Shown here: positions 35,126-47,352 of the stretch, piece by piece
Layout: each line of letters begins with the position of its first letter
How positions within the stretch are numbered: the first letter of the stretch is position 1
From: Amphiscolops sp. MND2022
Taxonomy: Eukaryota
Direction of reading: 5' to 3'
NCBI GenBank assembly: GCA_964187785.1
Contig: OZ076409.1
Coordinates: 19,346,001-19,410,000 of the forward strand
Length of the DNA stretch: 64,000 bases
The notes under the pieces: model-generated
The model's database searches: none
Told to the model about the DNA's origin: nothing
What the model saw: the letters and a program-made list of their open reading frames with translations, nothing else
Program-made: the position numbers and the translations under genes

Positions 35126-36317
35126 CAATAAACTTGTTCAATCACATTTTTTCATTAGTAAACTCAATTCTTTTTTTCCTTTTTCTCCGCCAGGTCTTCC
35201 ACATTTGTATTGCAATATCATTGCGGCTCTCAATAATTTATTTCTATTGCGCGCTGAGGAAAAACAATTATCTAGACAAAATATACAAATACGTCCAAAA
35301 ACGCCCGGTTTGAGTAATTATACTGCGCGAGGAAGTGGAGAAGGACATTGCTTTCAATACCGCTGCATTATTGCCACGGTGGAGGCGATTGGAACATCAA
35401 CAATCACAGTTGTATCTATTCCATGCAATATCTGGTGGTATCTATTGCAATAATTTCACAATATATTTTACAGTCAAATGAGTTATACAATTATATAACT
35501 TTTGAAACATTTTCTGCCGACCCGAGTTCCCTGTTATTATGGAGAAATTGAATGGCCTCCGCATGCAGTGGTGACAATGCATGTCGCAAATGAGTTTGTG
35601 TCAACCAATGCGACACAATTCTATTGGCTGACGACGCAATTCGTCATTGCAGAATTATTTTGGCGATTAGATACATAATTTTTATTTCAAGATCCAAAAA
35701 TAAATCATTTTTCTTCCATGATCTCAAAAATAAATTTTTAATATATATTTGTTGCAGGTATTTCCATTGAAGTAATTTTTTCGGTAACCCTGGTCAATAT
35801 AAAATTATTTTTTAGAAATAGTGAAGTCATTTGTTTTTGAATTATTACGTCAATATTTGGTCGCCCTGAAGATCACGAACCAAATAATATGAGCAAATAA
35901 CACAAATATCTCAAATAGAAGTTGTTTCAAATATAATTTTTCAAATAGAAGTTGCCCCCGAATATAAGCCGCCCCCGATTAGAGCCACATTAAGCATGAA
36001 AAATTTATCCTAAATGCCATTGCTTACCGTATTTCTTCGAATATAAGCAGCAAAATTACTGCAGAAAGAAAAACGGTAAAAGAATTAAGGTAATAATAAT
36101 GATAACGTTCCAACTAACATAATTTAGTTCGTTGTGATGGGAATTGAACTGATAAAGAAACGCAATGTGATTGAGCATGAAAATTGCATTCATCATTCAC
36201 AACCTACAGCTAGCTTGTTGCATAGACTGGAGTTCATTGAACGACGGACGGAAAAGAAACGCAATGTGATTGAGCATGCTTTTGTCATTAGCGTACATGT
36301 AACGAGGAACGTTCTAC

Positions 36318-37606
36318 AGTAGCCTTCTAACATATCGCAACTCAATTGTGCAAAAATGCAAGTTTCAGATCAAACTATCTTAAAAACTATCAGAAATACG
36401 AAAAATTGTCAGTTAAGAAAGTTTCTAAGAAATTTATCTAGTTTACAAAAATGTCGATTTGAAATTTCTGTGACAAAAAATACTTTAGTTAGAAATTGCA
36501 ATTTTGACAAAATTTAATCAAATTTGTATTTTTTTTTCTGGATTTCCATGAGGTTGAAAGAATTATTTGAAAAACTCAGTCAATCATTTGCCCCCAAACC
36601 TCCTTAGGACAGGGGTTGGCAATAAATAATTATTGAAAAAAAATTGTCAATAAATAAATAAGAATTATTTATTTCGAGATCGAAGAAATAAAAATAAATT
36701 ATTTTCCTTGGTAAATAAATTTTACAGTAAACTGAAACGTATTGTTGCGGGATAATTGAATTGTTAGTAGAATTTGAGTGGACGCCGAGAGCTGTGATTT
36801 GCTAACCGAGCAGTATTCACAAATTATAGAAAGGAGACATCTCCAATCAAACCTAGAGGCGCAGATATTCCTCCAGTTCAATAAAGAATACATATTGGAA
36901 TGTCAGGACTGTAGCAGATTTGATTGAGTTTTTTTATTGATTTTATTTTAAATAAGTTCAATAATTTATTTTTTCCCAAGCACAATAAAAATTATTTATT
37001 GCTAGGCTTGTATTGTATTGCAATACATTATTACCAACCCCTGCCTGAGGATGCTGATATAAGTTTAACGGAACACTTTTTTGATTTCAAAGAAAAATCA
37101 TCAATTTTCTAAATACAATTCTTATAACCAATCTTAATACAGGTCCCACCTTTTATGTCCCACTTAATGCCCGTCCCACCAAGGCCTAGTAAAAAAGGGG
37201 GTCTATGTCCCACCAACTCTGGTTTGGTACACGTAGTTCAGTGCTCATAGACACAAAATATAGTGTATTTTTTTCGAACAAATTTCTCAATCAAAACAAT
37301 TCAGTAGGTTCGGGAGATTAAAGAAAGTCTCCGAATCAAATAAAAGAATATATTAAAAAAATCAATTCTAAGCTACTCAATTTTCGAAAAACTCCAATTT
37401 TAACTAAAATTTTCTAAATATTGCAATTTTCAACTTTTTTGGTAACGGTTGTAGAAATTTCAAACAAACATTTTTGTAAACTAGATAAAGTTTTCAGAAA
37501 CTTTCCTAGCTGGCAAAAGTTTGTATTTGTGACAGTTTGAGAAATTTGGTTTTGAATTTTGTCATTTTATACTATGAGGTTGCGATATTAACAGAGAACG
37601 CTACTG
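36318..37606. mobile_element. Tc1/mariner-type non-autonomous element with long degenerate TIRs (same family as 41328-43530)
   Basis: TA|CAGTAGCCTTCT...AGAACGCTACTG|TA; ~170-bp imperfect TIRs; contains nested insertions. Confidence 0.75.
36610..37043. mobile_element. hAT-type MITE nested in the previous element
   Basis: CAGGGGTTGG...CCAACCCCTG; TSD CCTTAGGA/CCTGAGGA (7/8). Confidence 0.85.
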
Positions 37607-38069
37607 TAGAGTATATCTAAATCTTAATATCTTGAAAACTGTCACAAATTCAAAAAACTGTCAGCTGAGAAAGTTTGAGAATTTAATCTAGTATAAAATA
37701 CTTGCCAAAATTGCATTTGTTTTTTTTAAGTTACAGAAAATTAAATGCATTCAGTTTGGTTTCGTAAGCGTTGGTGGGACATGTACACTTTTTTGCATGC
37801 CCTTGTTGGGACAGGCATTAGGTGGGACATCGCAAGATGGATGAGTTTTAAACTGAAAAAATTTATAACGAGTTCAATTTAACAAAAATGAAATTCATTT
37901 TACTAAACATAAATAGGAACCGGAAAATAGTTGATTTTTTGGGGGGCAAAATAGTTGATAAAATAGTTGGTAAAAAACGGAATTGGTAAAAAAAATATTG
38001 AATTTGTCATGTCTTACAAATGGAAAACTCTACAAACTACAGAAAGTTTTAGTTGGCAAAATCCACCAC

Positions 38070-38526
38070 CAGGTATTGGTAAAGATTAATTGCATTGCAA
38101 ATAATTGCATTCATCTCTCACAATTGATTGATTGTCAGCCGTCGATAAAACCAATTCATCGATTGCAAAACATGCAATTAACTGCAATTATAGACTATAC
38201 TTTTCGTTTCAATTCACTTTATATTTTGCCTACATCGAATCTAGCCGTTTTTTTCAGCATGGCGGGATATGTCTGATAAGATTTGTGTCAGAGAATAATC
38301 CCACGTAAACTGGAATCTCAATTATTTCTCAAAGTGAACTTTCATTTGTGGCGTAAATACACTTGTGGAGACAGCTATCTTTTAAAAAGTTAAACTTTGT
38401 CTAGCTGCTTTTTTGTTTGAATTTTGCAATTAATTTCAGTGATTGATTGCAAAAACGACCAATTGAAATTAATTGTTTCCAAAAAACAGCTACCATATAA
38501 ATTCAATTAACTTTTACCAACCCCTG
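38070..38526. mobile_element. hAT-type MITE
   Basis: CAGGTATTGGTAAA...TTTACCAACCCCTG; TSD TCCACCAC/TCAACCAC (7/8). Confidence 0.8.
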
Positions 38527-39249
38527 TCAACCACTATTTGGTTAAGTAAAATTTAAGGTGGTTTCCCAAATTCCCAAATGACATAAATGCAAATAACAAA
38601 AATAAATTTATTCCCAGAGAACATAAAAGTTTATTGAATTCCCATTTAACATAAAAATTAAATATTATTATAACGTAGTCAGATATGTTCACATACCCCT
38701 AGTGCCCTTTAAAACAATGCTGTGGAAATGTTAATGATTTTAATCAAAAAACCAACTAACCAACATGAAACGAGTTAGGTCACCAATAAGTTAGGCTTTG
38801 TATAACATAGTAAAACAGAACTAAAGGAAAAAGATAGAAGTAGTTCCAGGAATCCTCGAAACTCTTCACGGTAATCTGTAAGCTAAGATTGAAACCGACA
38901 AAAGTTTTGAGATAATTGGTCTTGGAAAGACAAGAAAATCAGAGGAATTAGGCGGGGGAAAATAAGTTCATCAAAACTGAATTTTAACTCAAATCAATGT
39001 TGCTACTTGGCGAAGGAAGCGTATGCAAACCTTTTCAAATAAATCAAGTTCCAACATATTGGCTGTAACAGCACTAAAAGCTAGTATTTTGAATACTGCT
39101 GTATGGGTCCAAGTTTTCATTTTCTGCTGTATGAATAGGCACCTTACAATACCTTCACAGTACATGTATTCAGAGCAGCAACGTTCTACTTAAAGGGCAT
39201 TGACAATTCGGGCAAGGTGCGAATTTGCTGAAGCAAAATAGTTTTGTGG

Positions 39250-39333
39250 CGTTATGCTCGGCTGCTATCACACAATCATCGCACGTTATACACCGTTGTA
39301 CAACGTGCGATTGTGATAGCAGCCGAGCATAAC
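39250..39333. repeat. Imperfect hairpin/palindrome
   Basis: CGTTATGCTCGGCTGCTATCACA...ATCGCACGTT / AACGTGCGAT.TGTGATAGCAGCCGAGCATAACG. Confidence 0.85.
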
Positions 39334-39895
39334 GTCATCACAGTTCGTTTCCATCACATTATACATGTAACTGTAGGAAACGAAATGTGATGATTCATAA
39401 GAGATGAGCATGCTATTGTGCCTGCTGCTAGCAAGCAACTTCACAACTCTGAAAAAGAAGCACCGTGTAATGAGCATGTAAAGTTGATGAATTCCCAAAT
39501 AACATTTGAACTTATGTTCGTTTACGAAACCAGAGTTGGTGGGACATTTATAATATAAATAATAAAATATAAATGCAATAATCTTTGGACGAATCATTCT
39601 TTGGCATGAAAATATAATGAAAATATAATTGCACTCAGACTTTGTATATTTTCGTTTCAAAGTTCTACCCATTCATTTGAAAAAGAATATTTGAATTGAT
39701 CTCAATTGAACTCAATGATTGTAATCAAAATGACAAAACTCAACCTAAAGTAAACCGCTAAACTTTTGTGTGCATGTTCTACCAATGCTCGTATTCAGAA
39801 ACTTTGATTGTCAGAAAAAATGTCGGGCTGAAGTGAAAGTTATGATCAAAAATCACAACCTTGAAACACTGACACCCATTATCATGTATTTTCAA

Positions 39896-39973
39896 AGAGG
39901 CTCTCAGTTAGGGGATCACACGGTGTCACCCATAACAAGACCCACGCCGAGAACGTGGCCTCTAAGGGGTCTC
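39896..39973 (-). ncRNA. HDV/CPEB3-like self-cleaving ribozyme candidate, copy B
   Basis: GAGACCC CUU AGAGGCC ACG UUCUCGG CGU GGGUCUU G UUAUGGGUGACACCGUGUGAUCCCCUAA CUGA GAGCCUCU; same fold as copy A. Confidence 0.7.
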
Positions 39974-40018
39974 AAAAATCTAAGTTTACAAATTCTAGTA
40001 CAAAAATATGCTAACTGC

Positions 40019-40494
40019 CAGAGCTTCCGAAATTTTATTTGGGATCAAATATTTCAAACAAATTGAACCAAAATCAATGAATTGATAAGAGAAACTTGCA
40101 AATTCTTCATCACTTTTTCGCAAGAGCTGAAGCATTAATTTCGGTAATAAGACTTTCATGCCAAGATAGTCTATTCATCTTCGAAAATTTCACGGGTTCA
40201 TTTGAAAATAACTCATCTAAAACCATCTAAGGCCTAATACGCGGTAGTAAAGAAGTTTTTCATATAATTAGAGGTCTATGAAATCAAAATCAATATAATT
40301 AGGCATTTTTGTGTTTTCCGTTTTTTCATCATTATTTCTAGTGTGCGTCACATTTTATTGCTTCATTCCAGGCAAAAAATCACAATTAATTGTAAAAATT
40401 TCAGTCAATTGATTGCCATTGACCTGTCTAAATCAATTAATTGCATCCTAATAATTACAGTTGAATAACTGCGAGTTAAAACTCGGAAGCCCTG
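40019..40494. mobile_element. hAT-type MITE inserted between RING paralogue B and its ribozyme
   Basis: CAGAGCTTCCGA...TCGGAAGCCCTG; TSD CTAACTGC/CTAACTAC (7/8). Confidence 0.85.
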
Positions 40495-40516
40495 CTAACT
40501 ACCATTTTACAAAATT

Positions 40517-40735
40517 TTAATTGTACAAAATACAATTTACAGGTAATCTACAGTAAGGACATGTAACAACTGCACTTGCGAAACTATCTAAATAATGTTT
40601 TATACAATCTCTACAGGCTAAATGTAGACTATGTTCTAGATGGAAGCTTTGAAGGTCTTCTACTCTAAAGTTTTCGAAGCAGATGAGGCAATCTTTTGTG
40701 CATTTTATAGCTTGAGGCTTCTTTTTCACCCTCAT
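40517..40735 (-). CDS. 72-aa RING-finger-only protein (variant C2-H2-C4), paralogue B
   Basis: MRVKKKPQAIKCTKDCLICFENFRVEDLQSFHLEHSLHLACRDCIKHYLDSFASAVVTCPYCRLPVNCILYN; shares LQSFHxxHSLHLACRDC with paralogue A. Confidence 0.8.
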   Translation of the reverse strand: MRVKKKPQAIKCTKDCLICFENFRVEDLQSFHLEHSLHLACRDCIKHYLDSFASAVVTCPYCRLPVNCILYN

Positions 40736-41177
40736 CGTTGTGACACCTAGAAACTCGAAACTAATAAGCATGGTGCACGGACATACAAAGGATTTGCGAC
40801 GGGGGTCCTTCATTTACAGGGTGAGGTGTCACGAAGCAGAATATTCACTAAGCCGAAAAATGAAATTTTGCGAAAGTGAATTGGTTTCCTCAAGCCTTCG
40901 AACAATAAACCTACAATAACTTAAATTATTTATTTTCTTGATTATTCCCTTGGCCATACATTAATGGGAAACATATGTGTTCCATACATTAATGGAAAAT
41001 AAAATAAACCATTAATAGCCATTATTTAAACATTATTAACCGGTCAAAATTAAAGCATTGTGTGCAAAATACTTACAAATTCGTACATCAAATGCGATTT
41101 ACATTAATTAAACCACGTTCCATTAAATTTTGACAGTCCCTGCGAACCTTACACCCTTGGCTGGAATTAATTAACTG

Positions 41178-41327
41178 AACATCACACCGCGTAGTTAATT
41201 CATATAATATTACCTGGAAATCACACCGCGTTGCTATTTCATTGAATATTACTCAAAATCACACCGCGTTGCTATTTCATTGAATATTACTCAAAATCAC
41301 ACCGCGTTGCTATTTCATTGAATATTA
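41178..41327 (-). repeat. Inverted-orientation array of the 38-bp minisatellite; resumes at 43531-43596 and 43955-44005
   Basis: AAAATCACACCGCGTTGCTATTTCATTGAATATTACTC units are the reverse complement of the 16.6-17.5 kb unit. Confidence 0.9.
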
Positions 41328-41863
41328 CAGTAGCGTTCTAAAATATCGCAACCTCATTGCATAAAATAGCAAATTTCAAATCCAAATATCTCGTAAACTG
41401 TCACAAATACGAAAAACTGTCAGCTAGGAAAGTTTCTTAGAATTCTATCTAGGTTACAAAATTTGTTTGAATTTTCTACGACCCTTACTGAAAAAGTTAG
41501 AATTTTCAATGTTTTGTTTTCATTAGATTAGGACTTCGTCAGCCGAATTTACTGGCTCTAGTTTTACTTCTTGTCCGCTTCCAAAGCTTCTCTAATATAT
41601 AATTCATTTTCCTCTCTGCGCGTTTCTCGGTCTACGTTAACTCAAACAATTTAGAGCTTTGTACTACAGAAAATGACTGTATATGAAAAAATTAATTGAT
41701 CATCTAAATACAAAAATATATATGAAAAGGTCAAATCAACAAGTTTCTTCTGTTGAAGCAGTAGTGAAAGAGTGGCTCGAGAGGGCTTATAATTTCTTCT
41801 TTCTGCTGTACTGGATTTGATTTGAGGGGTACTGGTTGTGTTTAGAGCTAAGCCCTGAAAGGC

Positions 41864-42094
41864 TTAACGTCTCCAGATGTCATCGAAAATGATCTCTTCA
41901 TCGTACGTGTTTTTTTGTGTAACTTCGTACTTTGTTTTCCCGTTGGGGTAGAACACTTTGCAGTAGTAGCAAAACCCAACTTTGCGTGGGGTATTCGACT
42001 TTCCATGTAATTTAATAACTGCGTTTTCGCTGTTTTGTGAGATGAGTTTATCCATTGACCTGGCAAGAGAGGCTGATTGATGGCAGAATGACAA
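41864..42094 (-). pseudogene. Left-arm copy of the foldback cargo ORF, truncated by a short deletion
   Basis: Mirror image of 42682-42912 up to DDIWR, then a small deletion causes a stop. Confidence 0.4.
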
Positions 42095-42681
42095 CAGAAG
42101 GAGGCGAGAGATTGAATGATGACAAAAAAGAATAGAGACTGGATTGTTTGAGTTTGTTTGGCAACAATGAAAGAAATGTAATTGAAAGCCAAACTTTTTG
42201 GTTAACCCTTATTGGTTGAAATACTGTTTTGATGTCAGAATAAAGTTATAATAAAGTGTTTGGTTCTAATTATTTAATTGTAAATGGCTTTTACCATGCC
42301 GTCTTTTTCGTACTAAAATTTGACGTACTACAATACAGTCAGAATTAAACCTTGTGTCTTTTTTTCCCTTGCGGTCGCTTGGGGAGGGGGCATTTTGCGC
42401 AATTAATGACAAAATACAATTACCTTTGAAAAAGACGGCATGGTAAAAGCCATTTACAATTAAATAATTAGAACGAAACACTTTAATATAACTTTATTCT
42501 GACATCAAAGCAGTATTTCAACCAATAAGGATTAACCAAAAAGTTTGGCTTTCAATTACATTTCTTTCATTGTTGCCAAACAAACTCAAACAATCCAGTC
42601 TCTATTCTTTTTTGTCATCATTCAATCTCTCGCCTCCTTCTGTTCTCATTCTGCCATCAATCAGCCTCTCTTGCCAGGTCA

Positions 42682-42912
42682 ATGGATAAACTCATCTCAC
42701 AAAACAGCGAAAACGCAGTTATTAAATTACATGGAAAGTCGAATACCCCACGCAAAGTTGGGTTTTGCTACTACTGCAAAGTGTTCTACCCCAACGGGAA
42801 AACAAAGTACGAAGTTACACAAAAAAACACGTACGATGAAGAGATCATTTTCGATGACATCTGGAGACCGAACAATAATCTTCACGTTAAGCCTTTTAGG
42901 GCTCAGCTCTAA
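42682..42912 (+). CDS. 76-aa orphan ORF (CYYC motif) in the right arm of the foldback element
   Basis: ATG start, CCAAT at ~42522. After the TAA the frame stays open for ~35 more codons, so it may be a damaged longer ORF. Confidence 0.35.
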   Translation: MDKLISQNSENAVIKLHGKSNTPRKVGFCYYCKVFYPNGKTKYEVTQKNTYDEEIIFDDIWRPNNNLHVKPFRAQL

Positions 42913-44158
42913 ACACAACCAGTACCCCTCAAATCAAATCCAGTACAGAAAGAAGAAATTATAAGCCCTCTCGAGCCACTCTTTCACTACTGCTTCAACA
43001 GAAGAAACTTGTTGATTTGACCTTTTCATATATATTTTTGTATTTAGATGATCAATTAATTTTTTCATATACAGTCATTTTCTGTACCAAGCTCTAAATT
43101 GTTTGAGTTAACGTAGACCGTCCCACCAAGGCCTAGTAAAAAAGGGGGTCTAGGTCCCACCAACTCTGGTTTCGTAAACGCCGAGAAACGCGCAGAGAGA
43201 GGAAAATGAATTATATATTACACAAATATTCGTGTTTTTCAAAAAAGGGGTATTAGCCAACAGAGAAGCTTTGGAAGCGGACAAGAAGTAAAACTAGAGC
43301 CAGTAAATTCGGCTAACGAAGTCCTAATCTATTGAAAACAAAACATTGAAAATTCTAACTTTTTCAGTAAGGGTCGTAGAAATTTCAAACAAACATTTTT
43401 GTAAACTAGATAGAATTCTAAGAAACTTTCCTAGCTGACAGTTTTTTGTATTTGTGACAGTTTACGAGATATTTGGATTTGAAATTTGCTATTTTATGCA
43501 ATGAGGTTGCGTTATTTTAGAAGGCTACTGTACTCAAAATCACACCGCGTTGCTATTTCATTGAATATTACTAAAAATCACACCGCGTTGCTATTACAAG
43601 TCCGAAAATGAATTTGGGTTGCACAAGTCCGAAAAGTACTTAGCATATTTGTTGTATGGCTCGGTCGCTTCGCTCCCTTCGGCAAGTAGCAACATTGAGG
43701 CATGGTCATGTGGCACGTCGTTCCGCTTCGCTTCGCTCCTGCATTTAGGGCACTAGGAGTATGTGAATATATCTAACTGGGGGAAATTGAAAAATTCATT
43801 TTTTCATCTTTGAACGGACTTCGTTCCTGTTCGACCACGTCAGCCAATCAGATTGCAGAGAAGTATGTGTGGTAAATCTTGAACGACGCTGGATTTCTGA
43901 AATCTTATTGGACGAGAAAATTTTAATTTTATCCTTCGGACTTGTGACCCGACACCGCTATTTCATTGAATATTACTCAAAATCACACCGCGTTGCTATT
44001 TTAATGGAAGTACGTGTACGTTTTGAAATACCATATGTAATAAATGAGCGAAAGCTGTAGTAAATAAAGCGAACTTTTTTCAAATGTCAATGATTTCAAA
44101 ATTTGAACTGAAATAGGTTAGAAATGATTAGAATATAGGGATTCCATTCGTTTATCAC

Positions 44159-44534
44159 CAGGGATGTAAAATATTGTATTTAAATATTTATCTTAAAAAA
44201 AATAAATATATTTAATAGTTGCTGACTAACAATGAATATATTAAATATATTGCCCAATTTTGTGCGAGGAGAAAATATATTGTTTTTATAACCCTCAATA
44301 ATTTTAACGAAACTTCCTGAAATGGCTCTTCGCGTATTTCGCGTGAAAGATCAAAATTCTACATTTCTTTTAATACTTGCAAACATTAAAATGAATATCA
44401 AAATATAATGGCCCAAAACACAAATACATTGGATCAAAAAATAAATGAATTGCCTTGTACAAAACCACAAATAACTATATTTTATTTATTCATTGTCAAT
44501 ATATTTAAATACAATATAATTTTTTACATCCCTG
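44159..44534. mobile_element. hAT-type MITE
   Basis: CAGGGATGTAAAA...TTTTACATCCCTG; TSD TTTATCAC/TTTATCCC (7/8). Confidence 0.85.
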
Positions 44535-44760
44535 TTTATCCCCGGACTATGTTATTTGGAAATTCACCATTACAAAATTACGTATTGAATCAAAAATTAC
44601 GTACTGAATCAAAGACTTTAACAGATGATGAAAATCAATGATGGATTTCTAACACAAAAGTTTCATTTCTAACGTTAGAAACATATTGATAACACTTTTG
44701 TTGAAAAAGATTTCTCACTAAGTTCAATGGAAAAATTAACTGATTTCGTGCAGCATTTTT

Positions 44761-44930
44761 GGATCTTTTCTGTTAATCCCCCCCCACCAGTTTAATTCCC
44801 CCCAGTTAAACGGTCAAGTGAAATTATCACTGAATTATTAGGAACAAACAATCAAATTGCAGTATTTTATAGCTCTAACTGCAACTGAAACTCATCGCTG
44901 ACAGTGGTGGGGAATTAACAGAAAAGATCC
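44761..44930. mobile_element. Merlin-like 170-bp MITE
   Basis: TIR GGATCTTTTCTGTTAAT...ATTAACAGAAAAGATCC; TSD GCATTTTT/TCATTTTT (7/8). Confidence 0.8.
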
Positions 44931-45709
44931 TCATTTTTTTAAAGGTAACGACATTCGGCCGTAAAGTTTCTCTATGAAATGTTTAAAATGGGAATTTTCC
45001 GCAACTGCAAAGTTTGTATTCGATGATAGGAATGTTATTAACGATTAGGTATCAAATAAAATAAGAACAAATAGCACAAAATTAGGTTCAATTAAAATAA
45101 AAATGAAATTAATTTCGAACAACATAAAAATAAAACCTAATACCAGGTTAAGTAATCGAACTCACGAAACTTTATTTTTAATTTTCATACTTTTTTGAGT
45201 GAATCTTTTGAATTGTGAATGCTTTTGACAGCTAAAACTTTCTCGTAAACAAGCTTTCTTTCTGTTTATGTTTAGTCAAACTGATTTCAGTTTCATGTTA
45301 TTTGAAACTATTTTCGTTTTTATGTTATTTGCTCTTATGTTATCTGGGAATTCACCCGTTATTAACATGAACGCGCTTGTTAACATTAATCCATCACTGA
45401 TGAATGTTGAGAGAGTTGACAAATAATCCGCTTAAAGTAATCCAAAATGAAGACAGGAAGTTGCGGATAATGCAAACAAATGCAAAGCGATTCAAATGAT
45501 GCAAACAAAAAGACGATGATGAGGATCAATCGGAGAAGAATTCTGAGAAATCTGAGAATTCTCAATTGTCAACGAAACTGAAATTTTGTAAATCCGTTAC
45601 GAACCATGCTGGGACTGAACGAAATTTTCACCGAATGTCAGGACTGCTGTGACGTCATGATTAATATGATTTGTAGTTGATTACGTAATATGATTTGTAC
45701 ATGTAGTTG

Positions 45710-46295
45710 TGGTCAGTATTTCTTTTTTGTTTTCATTTTCCTCGTTTGTGTGTCGAACAAATTAATCTATAAATGCTATAAATTTCGCTAAGGCAAATAT
45801 AATTTCTCCTTTCTGAAGCGTTTGTAAGAAAGCTTATTCCAAAAATTAAACTGAAATAACAAATTAGGACCTTCAAATTTTTGTGCTCAGTATTTCATTT
45901 CTGTTTCATTTAACTCGTTTGCGGTGGGGGTTTATTGAATAAATTAATATTTAAATGCTAGAGTTTCGCTGAGGCATATTTAATTTCTCTATTGTAGCCC
46001 ATGTAAAATATAAACTGAAATAACTAATTAGGACCTTCAAATCTTTGTGTTCTGTTCTTCTTTTTGTTTCAATTAGCTCGTTTGCGTGGGGAGGGGGGGT
46101 GAGTTATTGAACAAAAAATAATGTAATAGTTTATAAATGCTAGAAATTTCGCTAAGACATATATACTTTCTCAATTCTGAAGCCCTTTTAAAAAACGTAT
46201 TCCAAAAAATAAACTGAAAGAACTAAATAACTAATTAGGACCTTCAAATCATTGTGTTCAGTATTTCTCTTTCTCTTGTTTCAGTTTACTCGGGG
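45710..46295 (+). repeat. Diverged tandem repeat, ~180-bp period, ~3 units
   Basis: TAAATGCTA..A.TTTCGCT.AG and AATTAGGACCTTCAAAT each recur three times. Confidence 0.85.
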
Positions 46296-46689
46296 GGATG
46301 GGCAAAATTATGCCAAATTTGAGACATTGAAGACAGTTTTTGTTGTAATAAACCAAAAAATTTTAAACCAAAAATAAATAATTTAATAGAATTTTTTGAA
46401 GGTTATTTATCAAATAATTTTTTATTTTATCAAATTAACAATCAAATCAATTGATAATTTTTAATTATCAAATAGTTTTTTATTTTGCACCCCTCATGGT
46501 GGGGGATGGTGAGGGTCTTTAAATAAATGGGTCTGTTGGGGGACTTCATTATCTTTTTGTTATTTATTTTGTTGGGGGATTTTTCATCAGAAAACTCAAC
46601 TCTACTAATTGTCATTACTGTTAAATCTCAGTATTATTCTTGGTGGAACTTCAATCGTTTTTAGCGACTGCACAAAACTGGAACCGATC

Positions 46690-47352
46690 AGGGTTTGTCC
46701 TGTTCAAAAACCTGTTCAAAACTTGGTACTTGGTGGGACAAGCACTTTGGGGCATACCCTGTCGGACATATCATAAATGAATCATAGTAATGCGGTGTTA
46801 CAAATGAAGCAACATGAACTATAAAGAGGTCAATCACCAAAAGAAAATTATCATACTTGGTGGGACTCACACCGATAAAAACGATTCGAGTTCCGACTTG
46901 ACGATCCGATGTCGGCGTTCGTCCCATTTCAAAAACCCATCACTTGGTGGGACATACACTTTGGGGAGTCGTCGACCAATCAGAAGCCGAAGTGTTTTAC
47001 CCGCGTTGGTGGGACATACACACAGAATTCTCGCCGACGAATCAGCGGCCGAGACGCATGGGGCCATTTCACGCATTGTTGGTGGGACATACACACAATC
47101 CGTTTAACCAATCAAAAACGCGGATTTCATCGATGACAACTTTTGGCCGCTTGTCGGCGCTGTAAAAATGTGTAGGTGTGGAGTGTAAGGCACTTGGTGG
47201 AACATTTTCTCAAATGGTTTCTTATTCAATTTTAGGCATTTTGCACTATGTGTGAAATGGTGTCCCACTTATTATGTCCCACCTTGTGCCCGTCCCACCA
47301 AGGCCTAGTAAAAAGTGGGGTCTATGTCCCACCAACTCTGGTTCCGTACACG
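46690..47352. mobile_element. Larger member of the GTGGGAC repeat family; partly homologous to 29470-29620
   Basis: Multiple TTGGTGGGACATACAC units and an inverted terminal copy ending at the (TG)n at ~47356-47372. GAGGTCAATCACCAAA and TCAAAAACCTGTTCAAA are shared with 29.5 kb. Confidence 0.55.

Larger units (their letters stand above)
41328..43530. mobile_element. 2.2-kb palindromic (foldback) Tc1/mariner-type element with ~1-kb arms
   Basis: TA|CAGTAGCGTTCT...AGAAGGCTACTG|TA inserted in a minisatellite unit. Arms 41328-42309 and 42428-43530 are reverse complements apart from a few indels. Confidence 0.92.

Noticed and set aside
35193..35453. Possible exon after a strong polypyrimidine/CAG acceptor
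   Set aside because: No recognisable protein and no upstream donor I could link to it.
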